Shown: positions 30,532 through 40,721 of the stretch, piece after piece
Layout: each line of letters starts with the position of its first letter
Numbering within the stretch: the stretch's first letter is position 1
Assembly (NCBI GenBank): GCA_963729045.1
Contig: CAVSMN010000012.1
Coordinates: 160,001-224,000, forward strand
DNA length: 64,000 nt
Source of the DNA: an uncultured Nitrososphaeraceae archaeon
Lineage (GTDB): Archaea; Thermoproteota; Nitrososphaeria; Nitrososphaerales; Nitrososphaeraceae
Direction: 5' to 3'
Made by a program: the position numbers and the translations under genes
The notes under the pieces: model-generated
The model's database searches: none
What the model saw: the letters and a program-made list of their open reading frames with translations, nothing else
What the model was told of the DNA's origin: nothing

Positions 30532-31602
30532 TTGATGACCATCATCATTTATCTGTTAAAAAAAATTTCAATTTTGATATTAGTCTTAATTATCACACTA
30601 TTAGTTACAATATTCCTTTTGGGTTCGACTATTGACAAAATAATGGTAGATAATATCCGAATGCAGGTAACTAATTCTCTATCCGACTCGATATCTGAAA
30701 ATCAAAGACTAAACCAGCTACAAGATTCACAGGAAAGGCAGTCAATCATCGATAAACAAATTAGTATCCAAACTAAAAGTCTGGGGCTAGACGAGCCCTG
30801 GTATTCTCTAAAAAAAATCAGCAATAGTCTCCTTCAAATCATTACATTGAACCTGGGTAATTCGAGATTTTTTACTACCAATGATGGTTCAAGCAGCGTA
30901 AATGAACTAATAATTGAAAAACTGCCAAATACAATTTTGTTGTTTACTACCTCGTCAATAACTGTAATAGCCATAGGGATAGTATTAGGATCTTATTTAG
31001 CAAAGAGGGAAGGAAAAATTTCCGATAAATTGGTAGCCGGTCTTGCCTCTGCTAGTCTAAGTGTACCTCCATGGTGGTTTTCAATGATAATGATAGTCTT
31101 GTTTTCATACTTGCTGCAAATTTTTCCTGCAAGATCTACACCTTTAATTTCTCCAGGTACTCCGGGATACTTTGTTGATTTATTATATCATATGACTTTG
31201 CCTTTTATTACAATGGTTATCATAGGTTTTGCATCATCCGTTTATTACACTAAATATATTGTTTTGAGGGTAATTGAAGAAGATTACATAAAAACCTTAG
31301 GAATTATTGGTTTGCCTTCTAGAAAAATTTTGTTCAAACATGCATTGAAGAATGCTGGACCTCAATTGATGACGATGCTGGGATTAGGACTTACAGCAAC
31401 TTTAGGAGGGTCTATATTGATAGAAGAAATATTTGATTGGCCTGGCATGGGAAATCTGTTTTACAATGCGGTTATTCAAAATGATTCTCCCTTAATTATA
31501 GGCCTTGTATACTTCTTTACATTGCTTTATTTATTGACAAGATTGGTACTGGACCTTACACTGTCATTTTTAGATCCCAGAATTAGAACCGGAGACGAAT
31601 GA
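30532..31602 (+). CDS. ABC peptide permease (DppB/OppB type)
   Basis: LPNTILL, HALKNA, EEIFDWPGMG, LDPRI. Confidence 0.9.
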   Translation: MMTIIIYLLKKISILILVLIITLLVTIFLLGSTIDKIMVDNIRMQVTNSLSDSISENQRLNQLQDSQERQSIIDKQISIQTKSLGLDEPWYSLKKISNSLLQIITLNLGNSRFFTTNDGSSSVNELIIEKLPNTILLFTTSSITVIAIGIVLGSYLAKREGKISDKLVAGLASASLSVPPWWFSMIMIVLFSYLLQIFPARSTPLISPGTPGYFVDLLYHMTLPFITMVIIGFASSVYYTKYIVLRVIEEDYIKTLGIIGLPSRKILFKHALKNAGPQLMTMLGLGLTATLGGSILIEEIFDWPGMGNLFYNAVIQNDSPLIIGLVYFFTLLYLLTRLVLDLTLSFLDPRIRTGDE

Positions 31603-31626
31603 GCGAGTGGATGTGGTTTACTTAAT

Positions 31627-33046
31627 TTGACGAATAAAATGAAAGTTTGTCTAAAGAACTACAAGGGCGGTGTCTTGGGCTTTGTCTTGCTTTTGTTCCT
31701 GATTGGGATCACTATCTATACCGTTTTATATATTCCAGCAAAGGAACGATCAGAATGGAATAATCCTTTTTTTTGGATTAACTATCCCAAAAATGCTGCC
31801 CCTGCTTGGGTTAACTATTTCTTGATACCATTTCAGCAGCAATTACCAGAACATAAGATATATTCCAAAGACGAAGCAGTAATCTCTTCTTATTCAGAAA
31901 CCGACTTCAAAGTGGATAACCATACATTTTCTTACGAATTTGATATATGGACAATTTCCATCTGGCTTTAGTATACCATTTTCATTAGAATTTGGTGAAA
32001 TTCCTCCAGCGGTAGAAATATCAGTTAAAAGGCCAGATGGATTGGAATTTGTTATATATTACAATTCTTTGGACTCCGTGCCAAGCGTTCAAAACGATAT
32101 TAGGGCTCAATTATCAAATGCCAGTAACCAACAACACGAACTGTCTCAAAGAGTTTTTTCTTCATCTAAAGAAGTAATTGATTCCTTGATGGAATATGCA
32201 GATTTGTTTAACTTTTCCATAAGTGATTTGCCTGCGGAAAAAATAATATTTTCTGAAACTGATTCAAATATACCTCTCAGAGGAACATATCAGTTCATAT
32301 TTACTACTTATTCTTTTGATAATGACACCATTTTAAAAGAATTAAATCTTATCATAGAAGGCAAAGTGTTTGGATTGTTAGGAACAGATGAATTTAGACG
32401 AGATATAACCTTTGGAATTATGATTGGAACTCCAGTAGCACTCCTAATCGGAGTCGCAGTTGCTTCAACTGCGACAACTATTGGTCTTTTCTACGGATTA
32501 ATTGCTGGATATAAAGGGGGGAAAACAGGAACGCTTATGGTAATAATAATTGATATTTTTCTTTCGATTCCAACAATGGTATTATTTATAATACTATCAC
32601 TTAATTTTGGGAGTAGTTTGTTGTTTTTGATTGGACTTTTTGTTTTATTTGGCTGGCCAGGATTAGCCTTGATTAATCGAACATTCAGTGTTCAAATAAA
32701 GAATTATCCCTACGTTGAAGCTTCTAAATTGATGGGTGAATCTGACTTTAAAGTCGTGTTAAGACATATTATACCCCAGTTAGTCCCATTTACCCTTGCC
32801 AATTTCGCACTCGCAGTGCCCGCAGCAATATTGGCTGAAGCAGCTTTGAGTTTTTTAGGATTTGGAGATCCATCTTTTCCCACGTGGGGTCAAATGTTAC
32901 AGGATGCTCACTTCTCATCCGCTGAAATTTTAGGATATTGGTGGTGGATATTAGCGCCTGGACTTATGATTTCTATCACTAGCATGGCGTTTATTCTGAT
33001 AGGAAGATCTTTGGAGTATAGGGCAAAGTTGAGCAAAAAACAGTAA
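31627..33046 (+). CDS. ABC peptide permease (DppC/OppC type), frameshift near 31945
   Basis: LLGTDEFRRD, YVEASKLMG, HIIP, LSFLGFG...WGQML. Confidence 0.85.
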
Positions 33047-33054
33047 TCTCTATT

Positions 33055-33492
33055 CTAAATCCTTCTTTCAAGTGATACTTCCAGGCCTTGACTATCGTAT
33101 GCATGGATATCCTCCTCATCATATGGATGACATATAATAATAGAGATTAAACCGTAGAAATGATTCAGATCCTCAAGGGAAGGTCGGCTTGAACCGCTAG
33201 GATGGGAATGAGCTGTCCCAAGATACTTTAAGTCAAATGGCAATTCGTTTATTGGAAACCCGGAATAGAAGGGACCATGTACCGAGAAAGGAGGGATAAC
33301 TAAATTGTCTATAAATATCTCTGTTTTTTTTCTTTCACCCCCTAAAATGAGTATGCCCTCATAGGGATGATGCATTTTAGCATAAGAAATTAATCCGTTA
33401 ATAACATTCTGGGTGATTGCTACAATTTTCTTATTGCGTTTATTACGGTCCGGAGTTTTATTTTTTTTACCACCAAGAAACCCAAAATCCAT
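33055..33492 (-). CDS. JAMM/MPN+ metalloprotease
   Basis: E...HSHPSGSSRPSLED motif. Confidence 0.88.
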   Translation of the reverse strand: MDFGFLGGKKNKTPDRNKRNKKIVAITQNVINGLISYAKMHHPYEGILILGGERKKTEIFIDNLVIPPFSVHGPFYSGFPINELPFDLKYLGTAHSHPSGSSRPSLEDLNHFYGLISIIICHPYDEEDIHAYDSQGLEVSLERRI

Positions 33493-33655
33493 ACTAGATT
33501 TTAGAACTTACTAGCATAAAAATAATATTTGGATTTATTTAAAAATGTAACTATATGATCTTTATAGTAAAAACATTACCTGAATTTTTATGTAATTTTG
33601 AACTTGTTGATAAAATAACAAACTTTTAATATTTTTAAAAAGCATTATTTTTAGT

Positions 33656-35092
33656 TTGATTTATCAGATTTCCATCGTGCTTATTTTTTCTACCTTTATA
33701 TTTCTTGGTGGGCTCTTATCCGGTGCAAGCGCCCAAATTCTTCCACAAAACAATAATCAAAATTTAGATTCCCCCTCTATTACTGCTCCTTCATCTACTC
33801 CTTCTTTGGTTAAGAACCCTTACGGGATCAGGATTACAAATCCCACAAGTGGTGATAAGGTGCTTATCAACGGTACTGATTACTTTGATGTAACAGGTAA
33901 AAGGCTTTCCGTTGAGGGTTTTTCTACATCAAACAACGGTAATCTAACTAATTGCGATGTTTCGATAGTGACTAATAGCATTTTTCCCTATCAAAGTGCA
34001 AATGGGACTGGTCCGCTTGGTGTAAAGGACTTTTCCAAATGGAACTACAAATTCAATTCTAACTACGCAAACTTACACGATGGTTCAAATAAAATCACCT
34101 CAAAATTAGCTTGCGAAGGGGGTACTGCAAAGGCTTATTTTAGTGTTAATGTAACAGGGACAAGATTTAATGGAACGTTTCCTACATCCTCTACAAATTT
34201 GGCTTTAGCTAGCGGAAATATCACAGGAACATCTCAGAATAATTTAAGTTCTAGTGCTACCGACTCGGCTAGTGAAGATTTAGCACTTCCTGTGACTGGG
34301 ATCGAAATCAAATCTCCTTCTAATGGTGAAAGAATTAATATTGATAAACCTATAAATATTAACGGTAGTTCGGAATATCCAAACAATTACGATTGTGAAG
34401 TACTTTTAGCAGATGGTAATACTGCAGGCGTAATAGCACCAACTAGCGCTAACCAATCTAATTTTAAGAAAACAAAACCTGGAGGCATTAACGGTACGAG
34501 TGATTATAGAAGTTGGAGTATAGTGCTTGAACCTGGATTAAATAACCTCAAGAATGGCTCACAGTCATTAACTGCAAAATTGCAATGCTATTCTCCATTA
34601 TCTTCCGTGAAAATTGCCAAAGTAAATATTGTTACAAATACTTCCAAGCCGTTGGAACTCAAGTCAATGGATGTCAGTATTGACAAAACCGGACAAGGTT
34701 CAAACCAAAAAATCGTCATAGGGGTAAATGACGCTATTACAAATGATCCCTTGGCAAATAGTGCAATTACCGGTTCAATTAACGAAGATCCGTTCTCTGG
34801 CACTACAGACTCGCTAGGGAAATTCAGCGCAACTATACCGATTAGTGTTAGAGATTCTGGTGCGACCATTGACGTATCCGTTTCGGCTTCAGCTGACGGG
34901 TATAAGATTAAAAAGACCAGTACTACTTTTGAAGGGTCACCTGCGGTAACAGATGAAACAACTCCACCTACATCTGACACTGATAATCGAGATACACCTA
35001 ATAACGAAGAGGATCTTGCAGATAAAATATTCGATGATGTGCAAAAGCAACTAAGTGAGCAGGGAATTAATATTCCTCTTCCATTTGGATAG
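33656..35092 (+). CDS. secreted protein with two copies of a Cys-pair beta domain
   Basis: Signal peptide; I.I..P..G...C.V...G..D...W...L..G...T.KL.C occurs twice. Confidence 0.7.
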   Translation: MIYQISIVLIFSTFIFLGGLLSGASAQILPQNNNQNLDSPSITAPSSTPSLVKNPYGIRITNPTSGDKVLINGTDYFDVTGKRLSVEGFSTSNNGNLTNCDVSIVTNSIFPYQSANGTGPLGVKDFSKWNYKFNSNYANLHDGSNKITSKLACEGGTAKAYFSVNVTGTRFNGTFPTSSTNLALASGNITGTSQNNLSSSATDSASEDLALPVTGIEIKSPSNGERINIDKPININGSSEYPNNYDCEVLLADGNTAGVIAPTSANQSNFKKTKPGGINGTSDYRSWSIVLEPGLNNLKNGSQSLTAKLQCYSPLSSVKIAKVNIVTNTSKPLELKSMDVSIDKTGQGSNQKIVIGVNDAITNDPLANSAITGSINEDPFSGTTDSLGKFSATIPISVRDSGATIDVSVSASADGYKIKKTSTTFEGSPAVTDETTPPTSDTDNRDTPNNEEDLADKIFDDVQKQLSEQGINIPLPFG

Positions 35093-35286
35093 AATGTGTA
35101 CACGTTAGTTAATTGTAAATTGCTTGGATTTGATTAACAACAACATTAACAATTCGCATAGACTATATGACTCGATAATGGTTTTTAGAATTTTTTGATC
35201 ACTATTTATTCTCCCAATTAGATTTGTTATTGAGAAATAACAAGGTTATTATTCTTTATCTTTTAAGTTATCTTGAATTTAGATTT

Positions 35287-36624
35287 ATGACTGACAATGT
35301 GTACAAATTTTTGATTCTTGAGTTAGGCATTGCTATTGTAGATGAGAAGAATCAAATCCAATCCTTTAAGAAATTTCATGACCCTGTAATATCCCACCTT
35401 AAAATTAAGAATAGGGACTATGAAGAAATTTCGGAAAGCTTGAAGTTTTTTAATGTTAAACCAGAATTACTACAAACAAATTATCCAGATTTAATAGAAT
35501 ATTTGAAAAATAACACATTTGATGCTGAAAAAATTTCTGACCTCGATGAAAAACACTTTCAGATCGATAAGTTTAGTTTATATACACAGATATATGGTTC
35601 TAATCAACAGGACCATTCAGAAATAGTGGGTAATATATCAGGTGATATAAGGGAGTTTGCTCTGAAATGGTCTTCCATAAGAGTTCAGGAAGCATCAGAG
35701 CAATTGGATTTACATATTAGTCAATCCATCAATGCATTGGATGAAATAGACAAGATATTAAATACAGTTGGAACTCGTATGAGAGAATGGTATGGGCTTC
35801 ACTTCCCTGAATTGGACAATCTACTTCAAAATATTACAACATATGCAAATATCGTATCCAAAGTTGGAAAGCGGGAAGAAATAACAGTAGAATTCCTACA
35901 AACTCTGGACATCCCGGAAAATAAAATTGAGATTATTCGAATGACAGCAAATAGAAGCAAAGGAGGCAAAATTACAGAAGAAAATCTATTAATATTGCAG
36001 AGTTTAGCCAATGAAGTCATTTCATTAGCACAAATTAGAAAGACATTAGAGGACCATATTGATATGTCCATGGAAATAATATCACCAAATTTGAAGGAAT
36101 TACTAACCGCCACAGTTGGAGCACGATTAATCGCCAAAGCAGGGAGTTTGAAAAGACTAGCTTCATTGTCATCTAGCACTATCCAGATTCTTGGGGCTGA
36201 GAAGGCGTTATTTAGAACTTTGAAAACTGGTGCTAATCCCCCAAAACACGGCTTGCTCTTTCAGCACCCTGTTATTCATTCAGCACCAAAGTGGCAGAGG
36301 GGCAAATTGGCAAGGGCCATTTCTTCAAAAGCTGCAATTGCTGCCAGAGTTGACCTTTATAGTCGGAATCCAGAATCGAGCAATACACTGGCAAGTAAGT
36401 TGAATGATCGGATAACAGAAATTCAGGAAAAGTATAAAGAACCTTCCGAAATTCAGCAGAGACATCAGCAGCAAGATTTCAAGCGAGGCGATAGGGATTC
36501 ATATACTAGAAATAAAGGAAAGAAATACGGGAGAGATAGAGATGGGGATAGAGATGGGGATAGAGATTTTAAATTCAAGAAGAATAAATTCAAAAAAAGA
36601 TTCCATAAATCAAATAAAAAGTAA
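35287..36624 (+). CDS. nop5: C/D box sRNP protein Nop5 (Nop56/58)
   Basis: REWYGLHFPEL, STIQILGAEKALF, PPKHG, RGKLAR. Confidence 0.95.
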   Translation: MTDNVYKFLILELGIAIVDEKNQIQSFKKFHDPVISHLKIKNRDYEEISESLKFFNVKPELLQTNYPDLIEYLKNNTFDAEKISDLDEKHFQIDKFSLYTQIYGSNQQDHSEIVGNISGDIREFALKWSSIRVQEASEQLDLHISQSINALDEIDKILNTVGTRMREWYGLHFPELDNLLQNITTYANIVSKVGKREEITVEFLQTLDIPENKIEIIRMTANRSKGGKITEENLLILQSLANEVISLAQIRKTLEDHIDMSMEIISPNLKELLTATVGARLIAKAGSLKRLASLSSSTIQILGAEKALFRTLKTGANPPKHGLLFQHPVIHSAPKWQRGKLARAISSKAAIAARVDLYSRNPESSNTLASKLNDRITEIQEKYKEPSEIQQRHQQQDFKRGDRDSYTRNKGKKYGRDRDGDRDGDRDFKFKKNKFKKRFHKSNKK

Positions 36625-36655
36625 TGGATCATGTTTACAATAGAAGGCGTGTTAG

Positions 36656-37357
36656 ATGAATCAATTATCTTTGTATAAATCATACGACAATGGGTCTTTT
36701 GTTATTTTGGTAGACCAAGCAAAAGAGAAATATTTGGCAACCCAAAATCTAGACGCAGGAAAAAGCGTTTATGGAGAAAAAATAATAAAAATTGACGATC
36801 TTGAATATAGAATTTGGGAACCTTATAGAAGTAAATTAGCCGGAGCCATATTAAAGAATCTTAAGGAAAATCCAATTAAGGAATCTTCTTCGGTCCTCTA
36901 TTTGGGAGCCTCAACCGGTACGACCGTAAGTCATGTATCAGATATAGTGGGAAATAAAGGATTGGTATTTGCTGTCGAACCATCCGTTCGTGTTGCAAGG
37001 GAATTTTTGGAAAATGTTGCCTCAAGAAGAAAAAATATTATTCCTATTTTAATGGATGCAAGAAGATTTTTACATTATTATTCGTACTATGGATTGGTGA
37101 ATGTGGTGTACTCAGATATTGCACAACCAGATCAGACTGATATTGCAATCAATAATTGCAAATGTTACCTAAAACCAGGAGGCGATTTGATAATAGTCAT
37201 CAAGACGCGAAGTATTGACGTATTGACTGATCCTAAGTTGGTAACTCAAAACGAAGCTAAGAAACTTGAGAATAATCAATTCCAGATTTTGCAGATTATT
37301 AATTTAGAGCCTTTTGATAAGGATCATTCATTAATTCATGCCAAATATTTAGGTTAG
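36656..37357 (+). CDS. flpA: fibrillarin-like 2'-O-methyltransferase
   Basis: VYGE, RSKLA, VLYLGASTGTTVSHVSD, DIAQPDQ. Confidence 0.96.
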   Translation: MNQLSLYKSYDNGSFVILVDQAKEKYLATQNLDAGKSVYGEKIIKIDDLEYRIWEPYRSKLAGAILKNLKENPIKESSSVLYLGASTGTTVSHVSDIVGNKGLVFAVEPSVRVAREFLENVASRRKNIIPILMDARRFLHYYSYYGLVNVVYSDIAQPDQTDIAINNCKCYLKPGGDLIIVIKTRSIDVLTDPKLVTQNEAKKLENNQFQILQIINLEPFDKDHSLIHAKYLG

Positions 37358-37379
37358 GTGCTCTGATAGTTGAAACTTT

Positions 37380-38032
37380 TTATTGGAAAAGCTTTGTTTG
37401 AGCACATTCATTTATTAAGTTCTTGACAGGACTCCACGAGAATCTAATGTATTTTTTATTTTCGTTATCAAAAAGATGATTTTTCAGGAATAATTTTGTT
37501 GATGGATCAGAGGGATATCCTGAGCCTATTTTTTTACATAAGATCTCCTCTATTTTCTTAATCTCTCTATCCCTAGTTACCTTGGCAATTATAGATGCTG
37601 CAGAGACTATTAAATTGTCTGTGTCAGCCTTGTGAAAACAATATATCTTGACTGACTTGTTTACAAGTTTTTTAATATCGACTGTTTGAACCGATCAGGC
37701 CTTACATCACATGCATCAATAATAATCTTGTCTGCGTTAATATTGTCTGCGATGATCGTCATAAATCTTGATTCTAGAACATTCAACTTTTTATGGTTCA
37801 CGTAATTGTCAATTGTTATAGGATTAATCCTGCATACGAAAACAGAAACAGCTGATTGCAAAATTTTAAAATACAATGTTTCCCTTTTTTGGTACCGTAA
37901 GTTTTTTAGAATCTGTAATGCCCTCGATTCCTAAGTACTTTCTATTCCTGTTGGATCGAACGAGATACCTGCGATTACTAGCGGACCAATCACAGAACCT
38001 CGTCCGGCTTCATCAATTCCCCCTAACAGCAA
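37380..38032 (-). CDS. rnhB: ribonuclease HII, several frameshifts
   Basis: Reverse strand reads LLGGIDEAGRGSVIGPLV, DSKKL, IIIDACD, HKAD...VSAASIIAKVTRD, GSGYPSDP, RFSW. Confidence 0.9.
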
Positions 38033-38089
38033 TCTTATCTATTCTTGTTGAATTCACTTATCCTATATTAATGAAATACTCTGATTACT

Positions 38090-39117
38090 TGGATGAATTG
38101 AGCGAATCCCCTCGTTAAGATAAATCATGACCATAGATTATCTACTGAATTATAACCATCATATTACTAGAATGTCAAAATAATTCAGATTTTATTATCC
38201 CTGTCTTGTAATCTACTGGTGTTAAATTAGATTCTAAACCTTTGGTTTTATAGTTTACAGATAAAAGGAATCTCTTGAACTCATTTAAAGGCACCATAGT
38301 TGGAACATCGTGGTTAATCTGAAGAATAGATTTGGATATGGAGTTACTAACAGATCGCGTTTCTAGACCGTCTCTATATTACGGTACATAAAAATTAAGA
38401 CCAATCGTGACAAGCGTGGCATCAGAGATGATAGGAGATTATTATATCAGTTCAAACAGAAAATCCTTAGGGCTAGAAACGAAGGGGAATAAAGGATTTT
38501 CAAATTAGGATCTCTGCTCATGGTATTATTGGGACATTTGCCAATGTAAGAAAATGATCGTCGGGACTGGCAAGCGTTATTTTTTAATGATCATCGCGGT
38601 GTCAGCCTAAATGAGGGACGACAAATTAAACCGAAAGAACCGGTGACAAGATTCAGGAGATCACATATAGTTAAGACTTTAATCACCCAAATGGTAAATG
38701 AAATGAAACGATAGGATATGAAAGAATCAATGCAATCCGGGGTGCAGCGTAAACAGATACACCCCGCTAACCCGGATCGAGCATGGTTTCGGGAAGTAGA
38801 AATTTCAAGGACAATGACCTTTGATTACTATGAGAATTTTGGTGCTCCTGAAAACTCAAGAACATAAACTATGACGGTGGAGGTAGAAAAACTATTTTTT
38901 AGCTAGGACCGTTCCTAGCAAATGTGATCTTCCCCGTGTAGATAGAAAAGGTTGGTGGAGAAATAAGAGAAGTCCGTTTATCGTTGAATTGGCTATTTGA
39001 TACATCAATACTCCATGGATTTAAGATATGACTTTTCGAAAGAACTTCTGAGGAAACGATGGACTTAGATGGAGAAACAGAAGGTGAGTTAGATGTGCTC
39101 GCCAGACTAATCATCCA
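38090..39117 (+). ncRNA. candidate greatly expanded or diverged RNase P RNA, or other large structured ncRNA
   Basis: Ends can pair (38090-38104 with 39096-39117); AACAGAAGGTGAGTTA at 39076; TGAAACG 38704, GGTGCAG 38741, CCGCTAA 38764; many local hairpins; no canonical CR-I found. Confidence 0.45.
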
Positions 39118-39423
39118 TTCCCCTAAATCAAAGCAACAAAGAGAGATGAAAACGATCCTGAGGACTCTTGAACTAAAACTAAAAATTAGCAACAGAAAAA
39201 GACCGTAGATGAAAATTTTTATGTTTTGTGAGCGAGATATTGTTTTAAATAAACAATAATGATTTGACATGAGATAGGAGGGATGCGAATGGAAGATGAT
39301 GGGGTCTCTGTAGATTCGGGTTAAATGGTAATTATACGAATTTAATAGCTGGTTCAATATTATTTTACTCACAAAATCTAAGATTGAGATTGAATAAATA
39401 AGGGATGAACATTCCTTTATTAT

Positions 39424-40665
39424 TTGGAAAAGAAAGGTACTACGTATGATTGGTCAGAGATCAAAGAAGGGGAGGTCACACTTTTGGTCCCATCGCAGGC
39501 CCTAGCCCAAAGGAGCCTCCTAAATATCCTGCTTTCTTCAACACTGCTGCAAAATTTAACAGAGATGTTTCTATTTTAATATACCGGAATTATATTGATC
39601 AGTCAAGGAAGAATATTTCCTTTGTTGATTCCATGTGTGGGTTGGGAGCAAGAGGAGTAAGAGTCGGGAAAGAAATTCCACAGATCCAGAAAGTGGTTTT
39701 TAATGATTTTAATATGTTATCAGCTCAAACTGCGAAGGTTAATACTATTATCAACAACATATACCACAAGTCTAATTTTTGTACATCCGAGATCTGTAGT
39801 TTCTTATCCACTAATGCTAATTTTGATAATCGCGCGACGATAATTGATTTGGATCCTTTCGGAACACCTGCACCTTTTTTGGACTGTATCTTGCGCGCGG
39901 TTGAAAATGACGGTATGATTTCAATTACAGCAACAGATACCGCGGTGCTGCAGGGTGTTTATCCAAGGGTTTGTTATAGAAAATATTATGGAATTCCTTT
40001 GAGAACCAGTTATTCTCTGGAAAGTAGGTACAAGATTGTTACTATCTTGTACTGCCCTTAGTTGCTTCAAGACTATGATCTGTACATTCATCCGATATTT
40101 GCACATTCATACAGAAACTATATTCGAATTTACTGTAAAGTATCAAAAAGCAATTATTTGGCGAATAAAATATCCGACAAATTAGGATATGTTCTTCATT
40201 GTTTCGAATGTGGATACAGAGGATTGATGAAAAAAAATCCTTCTGAGATTGAATGCCCCTTATGTCAGAAAAAGATGAGATTAGGTGGTCCATTATGGAT
40301 ATCTCACATATTTAATAAAAATCTGATTTTCAAAATACTGGCTGAAAACCTTGAAACGGAAGCAAGAATGATACAAAAATCAAATATTGTAAAACAAAAT
40401 AAGAATCCTATCAAGAGGTTTTTCGAGATTGCATTAAGAGAATTAGATCATATTCCATTTCATTACAATAGTGACGAGTTTGGGAAATTTATGAAGAATA
40501 AGTACTCATCCCCTCCCTAAAATTATTGATAAATTAATCTTGGATGGCTATGACGCCAGCCCGACCCTTTTTTCATCAACGGGGTTTAAGACGGAAGCGT
40601 GTCTTCGAGAAATAAAGTCCAGTCTTTCTAATCTTTATATAATTGCCTTTTTTAGTTTTCGATGA
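39424..40665 (+). CDS. trm1: tRNA (guanine-26-N2)-dimethyltransferase, about 3 frameshifts
   Basis: IKEG, PAFFN...NRD, G.RGVR, IDLDPFGTP, TATDT, C..CG...CPLC, GPLW, TGFKT. Confidence 0.88.
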
Positions 40666-40721
40666 CAACGAAATGACGCTTAAAATACCAATATTCTCTA
40701 TTCAAGTATTTGTTCGAATGT

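Noticed and set aside
36531..36567. GATAGAGATGGG tandem in the nop5 tail
   Set aside because: Ordinary low-complexity charged tail (RDGD) of Nop5
38899..39372. 157 aa minus-strand ORF, and a 49 aa plus-strand ORF at 39059..39208 (MDLDGETEGELDVLARL...)
   Set aside because: No recognisable domain, and the plus frame has stops just upstream. Not called as CDS, but a decayed protein gene remains the main alternative to the ncRNA reading
38033..39423. Group I/II intron, SRP RNA or IS element in the gap
   Set aside because: No group II domain V, no convincing group I P7 pair, no SRP helix 8 motif, no transposase or terminal repeats
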